Of a stretch of 64,000 bases of DNA, positions 1 through 14,103 are shown one piece after another (within the stretch, counting starts at the first letter, position 1; every line of letters starts with the position of its first letter). The stretch covers positions 115,413,023-115,477,022 of the forward strand of contig NC_068983.1 of the NCBI RefSeq assembly GCF_001194135.2, read 5' to 3'. The notes beneath the pieces are model-generated. The model saw nothing but the letters and a program-made list of their open reading frames with translations. It ran no database searches and had not been told where the DNA came from. Position numbers and translations under genes: made by a program. Source of the DNA: Octopus bimaculoides (Eukaryota).

Positions 1-1597
1 CTTAAAACTTTTACTACTTCTGGAGAATAAATACTGTGAGCAATCACCCACGATGCAACGTAGAGGAATACGAGTTAGAGAGATGGTCAGACAGAGAAAG
101 AAAGAGAAGGGCTGAGCAAAAGAAGAATCATCCTCAATACTTAACTCGCTACTTTATTTAAGGACATCGGAAGTTGAAATACAAAACTGGACTTAGTGGA
201 ATTTCAACACAAAGAGGAAAGAGTTGATAAAATACTATACGTCATCCTATATGTCGCTCTAACGACTCTACCAATTCGCTATCGATGCGATACGAAGTCG
301 GCCAGAACTTTAGGAATGAAACTCTTCTATAAGAATAAAATACAATTGATAGTTAAAGTCATAATTCAATGTTGTAAATGACAGACACTTGGTATTTCAT
401 TGGTGTGCAGGACTGATTTGAAAGCCTGTACTAAAATTCATGCAAGAATAAAGACACATACAAAGAGAAAAAAACATTAGAAGCAAGGATACCTGAGCGA
501 TCGTGTTTTGGTGGATGTGCTTGATGAAGATCAATTCACAAGTTCGTTCTGGAGGACTGACAAATTAAGATCACAAACAACTTTCAAACGTCTTTAGTAA
601 TTTAGTAGAATTGGGAAGATGACATTGTCTATTGGAGAAATACGTTAGAGGCACGGCAGTGCCGTCAATCGAACCTATAGGGGATGCCTAAAAAGCGACA
701 GGACCATTCCCTACGTACTGGTCCAATTTTCGAATATACTAACTTGTTCAACATTTGTTATCACGCGTGGACGATGCGGATTATCAACCGAATCTATCAT
801 AGAGATTATCATAATTCCCTTTGTAAAGTATCACAACTGTTTTTCTGTCTGGTGGCTATGTCAAAAGTTGTCGTGAGGTGAACGAGACTGAGAAATCTAA
901 GAGCAAGAATTTTTTTTCTCAAGTCAAATAAATGATCATTAAGATTTTCAAGTAGCATTGAAAAGGAGCACAAAGGCAGAGAGTGACAATACAGCATAGT
1001 TCGGTGGAACTGATCTCCAGTAAATTTGCTGTGGGATTGGTATGGCTGAGTGAGACTACATTAAACATGCAGCTAAATACCGAAGATCATAACTAGGCGG
1101 AGGACCTTACCCTTGGTGTTTTCAGTACTGAATACTACTATGTTTTAATTTGATCTATATAAAAACTTCTATTTTATTTGAAATTATGCTTTTATTTTAT
1201 TTGAAATTTTGTATTTATTTAAAATTCTATATTAAGGGTAATTTTTACCAATCTGTAAAATTAAAATTCAATGAATTCTGCTTTGCCATACTCTTGAATA
1301 TTTTGATTCATATTGTATGACCACTAAAACTTGGGAAAACAAATCACGGTAGCCCTGTAATTACAATAGAATTAAATGGCTTCATACACTAATTTACAAA
1401 TGCAGTTCATAAAAGTAATGCATAAATTGGAAAAAACCGATAGCAAGAAATTATACGAAGTTTTACTTCCTAATAAAATTTATTGCATTATTGAATTAAT
1501 GATTATTTATTATTCATTACATCACATAATAGCTGCTACAGTACTATATTTCATGTTCTGAACTAATTGTTCACACAATTATTATGCATGCGCTAAA

Positions 1598-1815
1598 AGG
1601 CGGTGAGCTAGAAGAATCGTTAGCATTCCAAACAAAATGCTTAACAGCATTTCTTCTGGTTTTACGTTCTGAGTTCAAATTCTTCAAATTCCTACTAGGA
1701 GAACTTTCCCTCTCATCCTTTTGGAGTCGATAAAATAAATACCTGCTGAGCACTGGGGTCCATATAATCGACTTTCTTCTCTTCTGAATTTTCATGCCTT
1801 TTGCCTATAATAGAA
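1598..1815 (+). mobile_element. SINE family B copy (degenerate)
   Basis: Head aggcggtgagctagaagaatcgttagc, B-box-like gagttcaaat and ggggtc..taatcgact tail match the better copy at 31933-32228. Confidence 0.8.
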
Positions 1816-1940
1816 AAAAGTCATTCCACGTACATATTTATTAACATAAATTCAATGTAAAACTTAAACGTGATTTAAAATAAATTTTATATTCAAAATA
1901 CTTTGATAATTATGAATAATAATTATATTACAATGACATT

Positions 1941-2155
1941 AAGTCAGCGAGCTGGCAGAATTGTTACTGTGCCGTAAAAATGCTGCTAAGCATTTTTCCC
2001 GACTCTACGTTCTAATTTCAAATTCTGCCGAAGTCGACTTTGCTGCTCATCCTTTCGGCTCAATAAATTAAGTATCAGAGAAACACTGGGGTCGATGTAA
2101 TTGACTAGATCCTTCCCCAATAATTTCAGGCCTTGAACCTTTAGTAGAAAGGATT
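1941..2155 (+). mobile_element. SINE family B copy
   Basis: gcgagctggcagaa...ttcaaattctgccgaagtcgactttgc..catcctttcgg..taaattaagta...ggggtcgatgtaattgact. Confidence 0.85.
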
Positions 2156-2340
2156 ATATTACAATGACATTCACATATTGAATCAGTGATGGACAGGTAC
2201 TGTTGGTAGATCTGTTTGACAAAAGGTTGCCTTAAGAGATAAGCTTCGCCGGTAGCAATGTGACAGGTATTTATTAATAAATTTGTACTAGTGCTAGTAC
2301 AAATTGGCTATGATGCCCTCTGTTTATTATTATTATTATT

Positions 2341-5245
2341 TTCATTATCATCTTCTTTCAATTCTGTTTCCTTTTCTTGCCGAGTGTATTCCTAACACCT
2401 AGGGAAGAGAAACGCACTGTATACATTTGTAGGCCAGTTGTTATATTTTATTGAGCGCTTCAACTGCACCATCGAGCGCAGTTTTGTGTGTCTTTGGTAT
2501 GTGCAGTGGTTTTAGTGTTGTTATTTTTGCTGTATTGAAAGTGCCTACGTCGGATGTGTCCTAGTGTTTTGGTCTGTATGTTTTTGAACCATACTTAATG
2601 CATCTATTTTTATAGGGATTATTTCTGTCTTCAAACCCCACAGTAGGTTTATCTGTATTCCTAGATCTTTGTATTTCGAGAGTTGCTCTATGTCTTTTAG
2701 AGATACATCGTCATCTGTTGGGACTGACATGTCGATTAGAAGACATTTTTGTTTTGATGGTTCACCTATTAGCCTTGATCTCTTTGCGTCGATGTATTGT
2801 TATATCCCAAAGTATGGCTGCTTCCTCATTTTCTGGTACCTTTGCTGGGGTATGCCTATAGCATCTTTTTCTGTTGTCATTCCGTAGTGCCGGCACATCA
2901 TCCACTGTATATAAGTCCCAACTCTGTCATGTTTGTGTATGTATTCTTTTTTGACCATGACTGGGCAACCAGAGACAGTAGGATTCATTGTTTCCTCCCC
3001 ATTACCACATATTCTGCAGTTATTTATTGCACTTTGCTTCATTATATGCTTCTGGTGATTTCTGGTGAAGCGGGGTGGGCTTTGATCTTGTGTCACAATT
3101 TAGAATCCTTCGGTCTCTGCTTTGAGACCCGAACTTCTCAACAAACATCAATATTTTATTTTGTTCATTTCTCTTATGTTTAGCTTATCCCAGTATTTGT
3201 TATGTGAACTCTTTTCTTACCATCGTTTTATCTTGTAGTTCTGGTTTAAGCTTAGATTTTTGTTGCTTTTCAGCTTTTAACGTTGCTTCTTTTTCTTCAC
3301 AGTTGTCAGGTATTATGACCTCTTCCTTGTAGTTTTCGACTTCCTTGAAGGGAGAAAATTTTTTTTGCTCATGCTTTGTAGCTATTTGTATCAGTTTTCC
3401 TTGGTTCTCATTTGGATATTACTGTAGTCCTATGGTGGATATTTTACAGTAGTAGTTGTATAAGGCCTCTACCACGTTCAATTCGCTTTATAACCTTTCT
3501 TTGTCAGATTTTGAGTGGTGTATTCTAAATCCAGGGTTTCCTGTCTAGTTTGATTAGTTCATTTAGTGTCTAGTTAAGAATATTGTAACTGTAACTAATA
3601 ACTGGGACAGCACGAGTATTGATGCCTATAATCCCATTTTTCGCATTGAGCCCTGTTTTAAGTATTCATTTAATTTCTCTATAATATTACTTCCTTACCT
3701 TTTCTTTCATTGTGTATGTTGTACCGTATCATTTATTCCTAAGTATCTGTTGGTCTGGGTTTGATCTGCTTCTATTATTTCATTTTCTTTATCTAATATG
3801 ATATTATTATTCTTAATTAGTTTTTCTCTTCTCAAGGTTGTTTTAGCACAATTTTCTAGACCGAATTTCATGTTTATTTCTTTAGTAAATCTATGCAGTC
3901 TGTGGCAATGTTTCTAGTTGTTCATCATTTGCGGCATACAGCTTAAGCTCATCCATATACAAGAGATGGCTGATAGTTTTTACCATAGCTTGTGTATCCA
4001 CATCCAGTTGTATTTAGCATGTAGGTTAAAGATATCAGTGCCAGGCAGAAAAGGAGTGCAGAGAGCAAACCTCCAGGAATATTTCTCTTCTAATGAGGAT
4101 GCTTTAGTTTCTATAATTCTCTCTTTTGTCTGTAGCTGCAGAACTCTTTGCCATTTACTCATCACATATTTTATATTGTTATAGTTGGTGTTACGTTGCT
4201 CATGGATAATGTTACCAAATTCTTTATGGGGGTGGGGTGGAGGATACTGTCAAAAGCCTTCTGGTGGTTGATTCAAGCCCCTCTTTCCTTTCATCAGTCT
4301 TCAGTTTTGGCTTTCTTTATCACAACTGATCTTTATAGACATATAAACTTTAACAGCATCTCTTCTCTTCTGGGAACAGGCTGTTTTCTGGGTGTTTAGC
4401 CATTCTCTACAATATCATTGCAGTAAAAAGTTTGTAAGTTGTAGGAAGACATGTTATGGGTATGTAATTTTGTGTGTTTGTATTTTTGGTGGATTCGATA
4501 ATTAAGAAGGTTTTTTTTCCTACTGTGAACCATTCAGATGGTGTCTCTGACTGTCTGCATCTCATTGAACTTCTCTGCCAGCATTTTATGAGTCCTTGCT
4601 AAATATTTTAACCGAAGCTGAGAACCTTGTCATGTCCGGATGTTTTCCAATTGTTTGGCGTTTGCAATACCCGGGTTACCTCTTCTCTTGTTATGAGTGT
4701 CCAGAGTTGTTCAGGTTCTGTGTTTTTAATTTTAATGAATCTTTTCTGTAGTAGTTCCTTTGCCGCTCATACTTCTTCCCAAAATTCTTCTATTTCTACT
4801 GCATTGATTTCTATTTTGTTTTTACTAGGTAGAATTATTTGGGATTGGAGCTAAATTATTTGTTCTCTTCAACGAATCGTTGGCGTTTTTGATACCGGCT
4901 AATTCTTTGTGCTTTAGCGAGGATATCTTGCTTTAGGTGTATTTTCGTCTCAGGAACATCTTGTTTTGTTATTTTATATTTCTGTAGTATTTTTTCTTTT
5001 ATATCTTGTTGTTTAGTAGTGTTGTTTGGTTACTAATTTCATTAAGGAATGACAGGTCATTTCTTTTATTTTCTATTTTTTCTGGATATTTGTTTTCTTT
5101 TCTACATCAGTTGACTGGTATTTGATATACCTCTTTGGGTGGGTCTGAGGGAGTATACTCTTTCTTTTGCGCCCACAGAGACTGCTGTATATATTATTTC
5201 ATTTTATCATTTATTTTATCTATTGTTATTCGAATGATTATTATT
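2341..5245 (-). mobile_element. 5'-truncated, frameshifted R4/Dong-clade non-LTR retrotransposon (RT, CCHC finger, REL endonuclease)
   Basis: Minus-strand peptides: ILAKAQRISRYQKRQRF, NNWKTSGHDK, RT motif SHLLYMDELKLYA (~3930-3975), CRICGNGEETMNPTVSGC..HDRVGTYIQW (2800-3096) and C-terminal SVPTDDDVSLKDIEQLSKYKDL..LWGLKTEIIPI (2545-2730). Many stops and frameshifts. Confidence 0.9.
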
Positions 5246-5246
5246 A

Positions 5247-5276
5247 TATGATTATTATTATTATTATTATTATTAT

Positions 5277-5311
<35 letters not shown>

Positions 5312-5322
5312 ATAGTAGTAGT
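5247..5322. repeat. (ATT)n(AGT)n compound microsatellite
   Basis: Directly visible; lies at the 5' boundary of the LINE. Confidence 0.95.
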
Positions 5323-5663
5323 AAGTATGGAATATATTTGTGTAATGTTACTGTTTTTGTCGTTTCCTTCAAAGCCATAATTAAACAAACAACCATTTCA
5401 CTTTTATTTGGGACGGTGTCCCACGTAATACCTCATGCAATGTGTCCCTCTCCTTCTAAGACTGAGCGGTGGTATGACTTCAGGAATATGTTCGGTCACT
5501 ATTTCAAGCTAATTGAGCAACCATGTTTCACTTTAGATGTGGTGTGGTGTAGGGAAGTAAAGTGAAATACAACAGAGAAAAGATGTATTTCAATATGTGT
5601 AGTATATGCATGCAATGCCTTTAATAGTCTCTTGCTTCAAATATATGCTTTGCCAAAGCAACA

Positions 5664-6886
5664 TACGAAAGGATGCCAAAAAGTTCCTGGTTTTAAGGGT
5701 ATCGCGAAAGGGTAGAGCTGTTAGCTTTACAAGGGAGGTAGAACAACTATTTAGGAGAAGATATGCAAAATATCATGATGTTATACAATATATCTTTCTC
5801 TTTTTTGCATATTTAACGCATGATGGCAGTTCCTACAGTGGATTTTGAGCGGTCATGAAGTTCCTCTTTTTGCAAGGCAAAGAAGCGGCGGAAATCCATC
5901 TTCCTCCACAGTAAAATCCGGGTATCAAGGTTTCGGACTGGTCATTTGAACCCCGGTCAGGACGGCCAACTTCCGCAACCACAGAAAACACAACCGACGT
6001 TGTGCACATCATGATTCTCGAGGACTGCTGGATTTCAGCTAAAGTTAAAGCTGATTTTCTGGGGATTTCCCGCGAAAGAGATGACCACATCATTCATAAC
6101 ATTCTGGACATGAGATAACTTTCCGCAAAATGGGTGCCAAAATGTCTGAACGCAGACAAAAAGCGCATCAGAGTGATGACATCAAAGGCAATTTGGGATC
6201 GGTTTGCAGCAGGTGGTGCTGATTTTATGACTCGTTTAGTCACCATGGATGAAACTTGGCTTCATCATTTTGATCTCCAGACCAAACAACAATCAATGGA
6301 ATGGCGTCACAGCTGTTCACCGCGTCCCAAGATGTTTCGAGCCTAGAAGTCAGCTGGAAAGATTCTGGCTTCATGTTCTGAGACAAAGATGGAGAACTTC
6401 TTATAAAATATCTGCCAAAGTGTTGCACCATCAACGCAGAATGCTATATGTCTCTGTTGGACAGACTGCGTGAAACATTGAAGCAGAAACGCCGTCGAAA
6501 ACTGAGCCGTGGTGTCCTGTTTTTGCAGGACAATGCACCAGCACACACAGCACATGAAATCAACGGAAAATACGCGACTTTGGTTTCGAATTGGTTGACC
6601 ACCTGCCTTACTCTCCTGACTTGGCCCCCTCCGACTATCACCTTTTTCCACAACTGAAGAAACATCTCAAGAGAACGAAATTTCAATTCAATTCGAAAGT
6701 GACCGCTGCTACGGAGGCCTGTTTGGAAAACCAATCTTACGATTTCTTTTTACAGGGTTTAGAATACCTGAAGGATCGCTATAATAAGTGTGTGAATCTG
6801 AGAGGGGAATGTGTTGAATAAAGTCATTATTAACTAATCTCCCTGTATTTTCTTTTACCTAAGAAACTTTTCAGCACCCACTCGTG
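5664..6886 (+). mobile_element. Full-length decayed mariner (DD34D) element
   Basis: Imperfect TIRs tacgaaaggatgccaaaaagttcctgg / cctaagaaacttttcagcacccactcgtg. Peptides WVPKCL, VTMDETWLHHFD, FLQDNAPAH, YSPDLAPSDYHLF, RYNKCVNLRGECVE lie in different frames. Confidence 0.95.
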
Positions 6887-8424
6887 CATATGCTTTTACT
6901 TCTTTAGCCTTTTCCCTATATCAGTCATTGAACTGCGACCACGCCAGGACCCGCCTTTAAAGCTGAGGCACAATCCAAGTGTTCACATTTACTGTTTACT
7001 TCCTAATTTCTTGAGTTCGTCGTAACTGTTATATGGTTGGGTCTGCTATGAACATTATCAATCTGTTAATGTGTTAGTTCATATGTACATATATGGGTGT
7101 GTGTGTGTGCATATATGCGGTTATCTATGTACTTGATAATGGGTGTATGTACGATTCTGGTCGAAAAAAATTGAATCTACGAATACGAAACGCATTAATC
7201 AAGATACAGTTACTTCTTATTGAAGAAAATTGGTGATCTATATATCTGCAATAGAAAAAATTGAACGATATAAAATATGTGTAAATTTAAGAGATAAAAC
7301 ATTATGGAATATTCTTTGGAATTCTTTTCTTTCTTTCTCTCTTATATATCACTGCTTCTAGCTACTATTGTTTGCGCAGCTACGCTGTCGTTTCTGTTTT
7401 GTCCGAGAGGTCCAATCTGTGTGATTAAAAAAATCTAATGTTTGTAATAGTAATTATTCCTAAAATGTATTGCCAACACAAAAAATAATTTCCGGTTTTC
7501 TTTACATTCGGTGAGATTATTATTTTTGTATTCTTCATATTTTTTATTTACTTATTTATTGCAATTAGTCTGTTTAGACAAACTTATCTTTTCTTCACCA
7601 ATGACTCGTGAATTTACCGATTTAAAATCATTAGCTAAACTTAACACTAATGTTTTGGAGGCAATTAACTTTGGTTTAATAACAAATACAGCAGAAAAAC
7701 ATCAAGCAATAACTGATATCATTTGAAATTGATCACCACAAAAATTTAACAGAAAACATTTTGACGTATTGGTGCAAATAAAACTCGAAATTATCGGAAA
7801 TTGAATAGCTAGAGTCTAATTGTTAATGCTTTTTTAATGTAAATTTATATGAAAAATTACTTGATAAATTTGGGATCCCAAAACATATATATATATATTT
7901 TAATTTCATTTTAGTTAACATGTTATGTATATTGCATACTATGATTTAGAAGGCTTAGATTTGGAACATATACATTATACTCTGCAATATCCAGGACATA
8001 AGAAGCAATTAAAAAAGACGCCATCTTAACTGAGAATCCTTACATGAAAAATTTGAAGAGGAATGTTATGATAGTCGTTGAGAGAGAAATATCTACTTTA
8101 AAATCAATTAAGAGCATAACAGTAATGATATTAGATTAAGCCACATAGAGTATTCTACTGTTACTAGATGCTATGAAACCACTAGATGCTATGAAATTGC
8201 TATTTATATCGTTCTCTATCTAGGAACTTTCTACTCTTATGTATATATATCAAAAATACTTTGACTCACAATATAAGTATTCGCAGAAATTTTCCACGAA
8301 TTGTGCTTATTTTGTCAGTCTTTCAAAACTTTTTTCTAGTTTAGCAAACAAATTTCTCAATCTTTCGTTGTTTGAATGATTCGAGATATAAATAAGCAAC
8401 AGAAAGATTTGATACAGGTAAAGA

Positions 8425-8582
8425 ATAGTAATAATATTCCTTACTATAGAAGGCACAAAACCTGAAATTTGGGGGAGGAGCTAGTCGATTACAATGACCA
8501 CAGGGCTAAACTGGCACTTACTTTATCGACCTCGAAAGAATGAAAGGAAAAGTCGAACTCGGCGGAATTAGACTTAGAATAA
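8425..8582 (-). mobile_element. SINE family B 3' part
   Basis: Reverse complement of ccgccgagttcgacttttcctttcattctttcgaggtcgataaagtaagtgccag... Confidence 0.8.
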
Positions 8583-8631
8583 TTACTAGAAGAATGAAAG
8601 CCTAGATAAATTCTATCATGTCTTCAATTGG

Positions 8632-8878
8632 TGCTTGTAGTGTTTAAACCGGCTGTATCCGGCCCAAATATTCAACACATTTTATGCTCAAACTGGCCAG
8701 AACCAGTATCTCATACCTACCCTGCAATGTCATTCTAAAAATAAGCAATTACATCTTGAAGCTACAAGATAATCTTGTAGGTAATCTTGAAGCTACAAGA
8801 TAATACCAGATTAATTTTTAAAAATGTAAATGAATAAGGATTACTTTTGACATATTAATTTGAACGCTAAAGGGTTAA
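8632..8878. mobile_element. Short non-autonomous DNA element with piggyBac-like end
   Basis: Ends in ...aaagggttaa (CCCTTT terminus plus TTAA); the other end is degenerate; no coding capacity. Confidence 0.5.
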
Positions 8879-10004
8879 AGCGCAATACTGCAAAACATCT
8901 AATTTGCTGCGATATCATTGAATCAGTGTCACGTCGAAGTACTGTTGGACAAATAAGGGTTAAAATATGAAATTGTGATGCGCCAGCACACGCAAGTCTT
9001 ACAGTTATTTAAACTGTATACAAAGTTCTTTCGAAAGTTCATTTGGTGCAATTTGTTTTATAAGGTCACAGTGTCATGAACTTATCTACATTATCTGCAT
9101 CTTGTTCAATTAAGATCCAAAATCACACTTTACCTTTGGCATCCCTTGGCAATACATTATCGATACTGATAAAGTTGTATCTATTTTAGTTCACTTTATC
9201 ATATTCGCCGAGACATTTACTTGCTAAGGAATGTGTGGGGGGAATGCAATCTAAATATAGATGTACATACTACTTCTCTCGTCTGCTTTACCGGAAGCAA
9301 ATAATTTTGTAGAATTAAGGAACCGAAGGGGAAGTGGAAACAGAATTTTTTTTTTTTAGTGAGAAGATTAAATGGATTGCACAGCTTCTATGAGAATATT
9401 AAGTGGTTTAAAGTTGTGACTTAGACTGATATACTACTATGGGAAGTAAATTATAATTCCCAACCCGAATATGGTTAACTATTATGATTTTTAAAATCAT
9501 AATAGTTATCTATGTTAGGATTAAGAGTTTAACGGTTGTAACATTTCATGCTTTCAGTAACAGATCACACTCTCACTGGCAGCTATATATTGTTAATCTT
9601 TAACTGAGGAAGGAAAGCAGTGTACATGACCTGTTACAGGGGATGAAAGAATGGTGAGAGAAAGCTATCCTCAAATCGAAAATCTAGCCTGAATGCTAGT
9701 AACAAGTTGGACTCCACTCAAGACGCACAAGCGGCCAGCTGAGGATGTTAAACTGGGCAACAGGTTAAGTCTGCTACCCATGTAGGCTATGATGAGATTT
9801 GAACTCGGAACGCAAAGATCCGAAACCAAAAAATCGCAAGATATCTGGCCTGACGTTGTATGATGTAAATAAGAGTCATGAATTAAATCCATGACTTTCA
9901 AGTGATCTCGCGATAGACGAAAGATTTATGGCCTCCAGTTATTCTATATTTAAAAGACTGAAATACATTTTCCAGGCAAACTTGATCTATTCATAACTAA
10001 TAAC

Positions 10005-10390
10005 TAATTATTAGTCAACTTGTTAAATAGCTACCCAACTAACAAATCGATCGTTTCTTTAACGCGTTAGCTAAACAATCAATTGATTGTTTGTCAAAGT
10101 TCTTTCGTTGTTGTTCGCAACCTTGTCTGTCAAGGTTCTTTCATTGCATTTCGTAATCTTTACTGTGACAAGTGACTTCTTACTCGGAACAAGGTCTGCT
10201 AAGGTCTACTTTCGAGACGAAAGCGGACCTTAGAGCCAGTAGGGAGTCACGAATCACTGAAAAGTTTGCGAACAGCAGCGAAAAAACTTTGAGTAAAAAA
10301 AAACAAACAACCGATTGACTGTTTAACCAGCATATTAAGCAAATGATTGATTAGTTAGTTGCTTAGATATTTAACTAAATTATTAATAAT
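10005..10390. repeat. Imperfect inverted repeat (fold-back), ~120-bp arms
   Basis: 10005-10122 aligns with the reverse complement of 10262-10390. Confidence 0.75.
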
Positions 10391-10476
10391 AAAGAAGTGG
10401 AATTGAAGCAGAGCATGTGTTATTATTATTGGCGTAATGATCCTCCCAAGACAACAAAATATCTATTAGTTACATA

Positions 10477-10880
<404 letters not shown>

Positions 10881-11172
10881 TATCGCCTCTTTAGTACTTT
10901 ATATTTTATATATATATGACTCGCATTTAGTCATGTTTATCAAAAATGAGGCATAATAATATTCGTGCTAATAATAACGAGTTTTATAGTTTTGTAAGTA
11001 AAAGTTAAAGGAAGTATTATTTTATCGCAGACAAGCACATTTTCTAAGAAAAGATTTTGTGTTATGTCTGGAGCAGCGGTCTAATGAGAAACCAAAATAT
11101 TTAATCCCTATCTTAAATATTTTGGTCTCTCATTTAAATTATACTTGTATAACAAGAAAGAAATGCTGATAG

Positions 11173-11180
11173 TTAATTTG
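11173..11180 (+). CDS. Candidate 8-nt micro-exon (weak)
   Basis: gatag|TTAATTTG|gtgagt; strong donor, poor pyrimidine tract; phase 0->2 fits the next candidate. Confidence 0.2.
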
Positions 11181-12110
11181 GTGAGTCAGCTCCATATTTT
11201 TCAAAGTTAATATCATCAAAATATGATCATTGCTAATCATCAGAAAATGAGACTGACTTTTTTTTCTAATTCTTCATCAGAACATTCGATTTGAACAACT
11301 CACACAACTCGTGCTTGATAAAAAATATTAACTGTAATCCGCTCTTGAAAAATCTCCAGTAATCTCTCTTTTAATTTCCACGTGCTCATTAAGGCTAAAT
11401 GCAGGTTAATTTTTTAAAAAAGCAAAAATACTGTTATTTCGTGAGTAATTTCATTAAGTTACTGTTCCAAATTAAGAAGTAATATGTGGTCTGATCAATA
11501 AGTATCCGGATTGCTGGTATAGTAACGAAGCTAAAGCAAGGAGAGTGAAACCGCTTGGCACAGATTGACGTTAAACTCCGCTCGTATTTGAAACGGAGAA
11601 CATTTAGTTGAATTACATGTGGAGTGAGATGCTTTATAGTATTACGTTTGGGATCATTTATTGCCAGGGTTTTTTTATCAAATATTGCCAGGGTTTTTAT
11701 TCCTTCAGTGCTGATATAATTAAAGATACAGGGATCAATAATATCAAGTGCACTTCCACAAACTTTCGTTATAATGGCTATATTTATAAAGTACTCCTCA
11801 ACGATATTTTGCTTTCCTATCATATACTACTACAACAATATTTTCTTCCGACATATCCAACCGGCAAGAAATTAGATTCTGTTGTTTTATTTCGAACTTG
11901 TTGTTTGCTTGAATGAATACTTGAGTATCTGCATTGATATCCCAGAAACTGTGCGAGGAAGCCGAACCATTTTTATTAATCATTACTAAACAAAATAATC
12001 GTTTTTCGTTTTTCAAAATTTTCATTTGCTAGTCAGTCGTATATACGCTGAATAAGTTATGGATTCTACTAGAAATTAAATCAATTACAGAAAAATAATA
12101 TAAATTTTAA

Positions 12111-12516
12111 GGCGCAGGAGTGGCTGTGTGGTAAGTAACTTGCTTACCAACCACATGGTTCCGGGTTCAGTCCCACTGCGTGGCACCTTGGGCAAGTGTC
12201 TTCTACTATAGCCTCGGGCCGACCAAAGCCTTGTGAGTGGATTTGGTAGACGGAAACTGAAAGAAGCCCGTCGTATATATGTATATCTATATATATATAT
12301 ATGTGTGTGTGTGTTTGTGTGCCTGTGTTTGTCCTCTTACCATCGCTTGACAACCGATGCTGGTGTATTTACGTCCTCGTAACTTAGCAGTTCGGCAAAA
12401 AGAGAACGATAGAATAAGTACTAGGCTTACAAAGAATAAGTCCTGGAGTCGATTTGCTCGACTAAAGGCGGTGCTCCAGCATGGCCGCAGTCAAATGACT
12501 GAAACAAGTAAAAGAG
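12111..12516 (+). mobile_element. SINE family A, full length, with internal (TA)n(TG)n
   Basis: tRNA-like head ggcgcaggagtggctgtgtggtaag..gggttcagtccc, ccttgggcaagtgtctt box, internal microsatellite, tail ...gactgaaacaagtaaaaga. Confidence 0.93.
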
Positions 12517-12656
12517 ATACGTAGCAACATAATTTCTTCCCAGTATTAGTGGCTATATGAATAGTTAACGAAACAAAATACATTCAAATACTTAGCACAG
12601 TGTTTAATGTAATATTTCAGTTTGATTTCATTCATTTTCTTTCTATTTTATTTCAG

Positions 12657-12687
12657 GTTTAATATCTCTTCTGAAATAGCAGAATGG
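12657..12687 (+). CDS. Candidate 31-nt exon (FNISSEIAEW)
   Basis: Long pyrimidine tract ..tttatttcag|GTTT..AATGG|gtaaga; only one frame is open. Confidence 0.45.
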
Positions 12688-13711
12688 GTAAGAGTGCATT
12701 ATTTAGACTGGAACAGTTTCTGACCTTTTGTAAAACAAATAATTCGTTATATTTTACTTCAAAGACCGAATTAATGTTTCTTCTGCTGATACTCTCTTTC
12801 AACTCCAGTAGACTGTCACTTTATTTTCTCTCTAGTATAATAATTTCCCTATCCTCGCTGGTATAACGATGATTTTTGTTTTTTTTTATGAAATTTCTGA
12901 CGTACTACAGCCTACAACAGACATTCTTGAATGTTCTCAACGTTCTACGTCATGTCACCTATACAACGTCGATACTCCAATATACCACGTAGTCAGTCCT
13001 TTTCTTTACATCACTTTATAACTCCTCAGTCAATAAATTGCTTCTTTCCTTTAACCCCCGGCACTTTATAAAAAGATCAACCATAGTAATCTCAAATGAT
13101 TCCAGCAGAATTACACGAGGTTATGTATCTTTTTATCTTCGAAAACCACATAACATTGGGTATACAACTTATATTAAAGTCCATTAACTAACAACAGACA
13201 CATCACTAATAGGAACATGCCCATTCAAAATACTATACTCTCTCCCAAATTTTACGATTTTTTTTTGTATCAGTGCGTCAGAAGATCTATGATATTAATT
13301 ATGAAAACTAAATGCAGATTTAATGTTCTTTTAAATAAACGACTTCTTTGCAATGTTTTGTCATATAAAATACATTCTCTCTTAGGAAAATATTGCTCGG
13401 CATTTGTTTAGAATGGAGAATTATTATGTGTTACTTCTTTAAAATTGTTGGTCTTACGCTAAAACTAAAGATCAATATTTCACAATATTGCTTTCATTGT
13501 TTTCTTCATTAAAAAATAATTTATTCCAGTTGTAATCTGTTACAAGATGGCTAGATTTTAAACCATTGCAACTTTTTTACTGACATTAGAATGCAGGGAG
13601 TTTTGATTTGCTTTGTTCACTATTACAGAGCTCTTCCCATACGTACAAATCCTATGACAGGAATTCAGCAAGCAACTTTCAAAAAGAACATATGAAAAGG
13701 TGTTCATTATA

Positions 13712-14103
13712 GGCGTAGGCGTGGCAGTGTGGTAAGAATCTTGCTTTCCAACCACATGGTTCCGAATTCAGTCCTACTGCGTGGCACCTTGGGTAAGTGT
13801 CTTCTACTATAGCCTCGAGTCGACCAAAGCCTTATGGCCTTGTGAGTGGATTTGGTAGACGGAAACTGAAGAAGCCCGTCGTATATATATATTATGTATG
13901 TATATGTGTGAGTGTGTGTTTGTTCCCCCACCATCGCTTGACAACCGATGCTGGTGTGTTTATATCCCTGTAAATTGGCGGTTCGGCAAAAGAGACTGAT
14001 AGAATAAGTATTAGGCTTACAATTATGTCCTGGGGTAGATTTCTTCGACTAACACTCTTTCAGGCGATGCTCTAGCATGACCGTAGTAAAATGACTGAAA
14101 CAA
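13712..14103 (+). mobile_element. SINE family A, full length
   Basis: Colinear with 12111-12516. Confidence 0.92.

Noticed and set aside
1-1100. Slightly GC-richer block with short ORFs (196-381, 684-881), possibly a decayed LTR-retrotransposon pol
   Set aside because: Only vague motif echoes; no convincing RT, RNase H or integrase signature could be read in any frame.
7511-8150. AT-rich stretch with protein-like fragments
   Set aside because: Broken by stops in all frames, no recognisable family, and compatible with chance.
11434-12025. Two overlapping minus-strand ORFs (129 and 75 aa) plus a 102-aa plus-strand ORF
   Set aside because: No domain recognised and an internal 16-bp duplication. 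One ORF of this length is roughly expected by chance in 64 kb. BLASTx would settle it.
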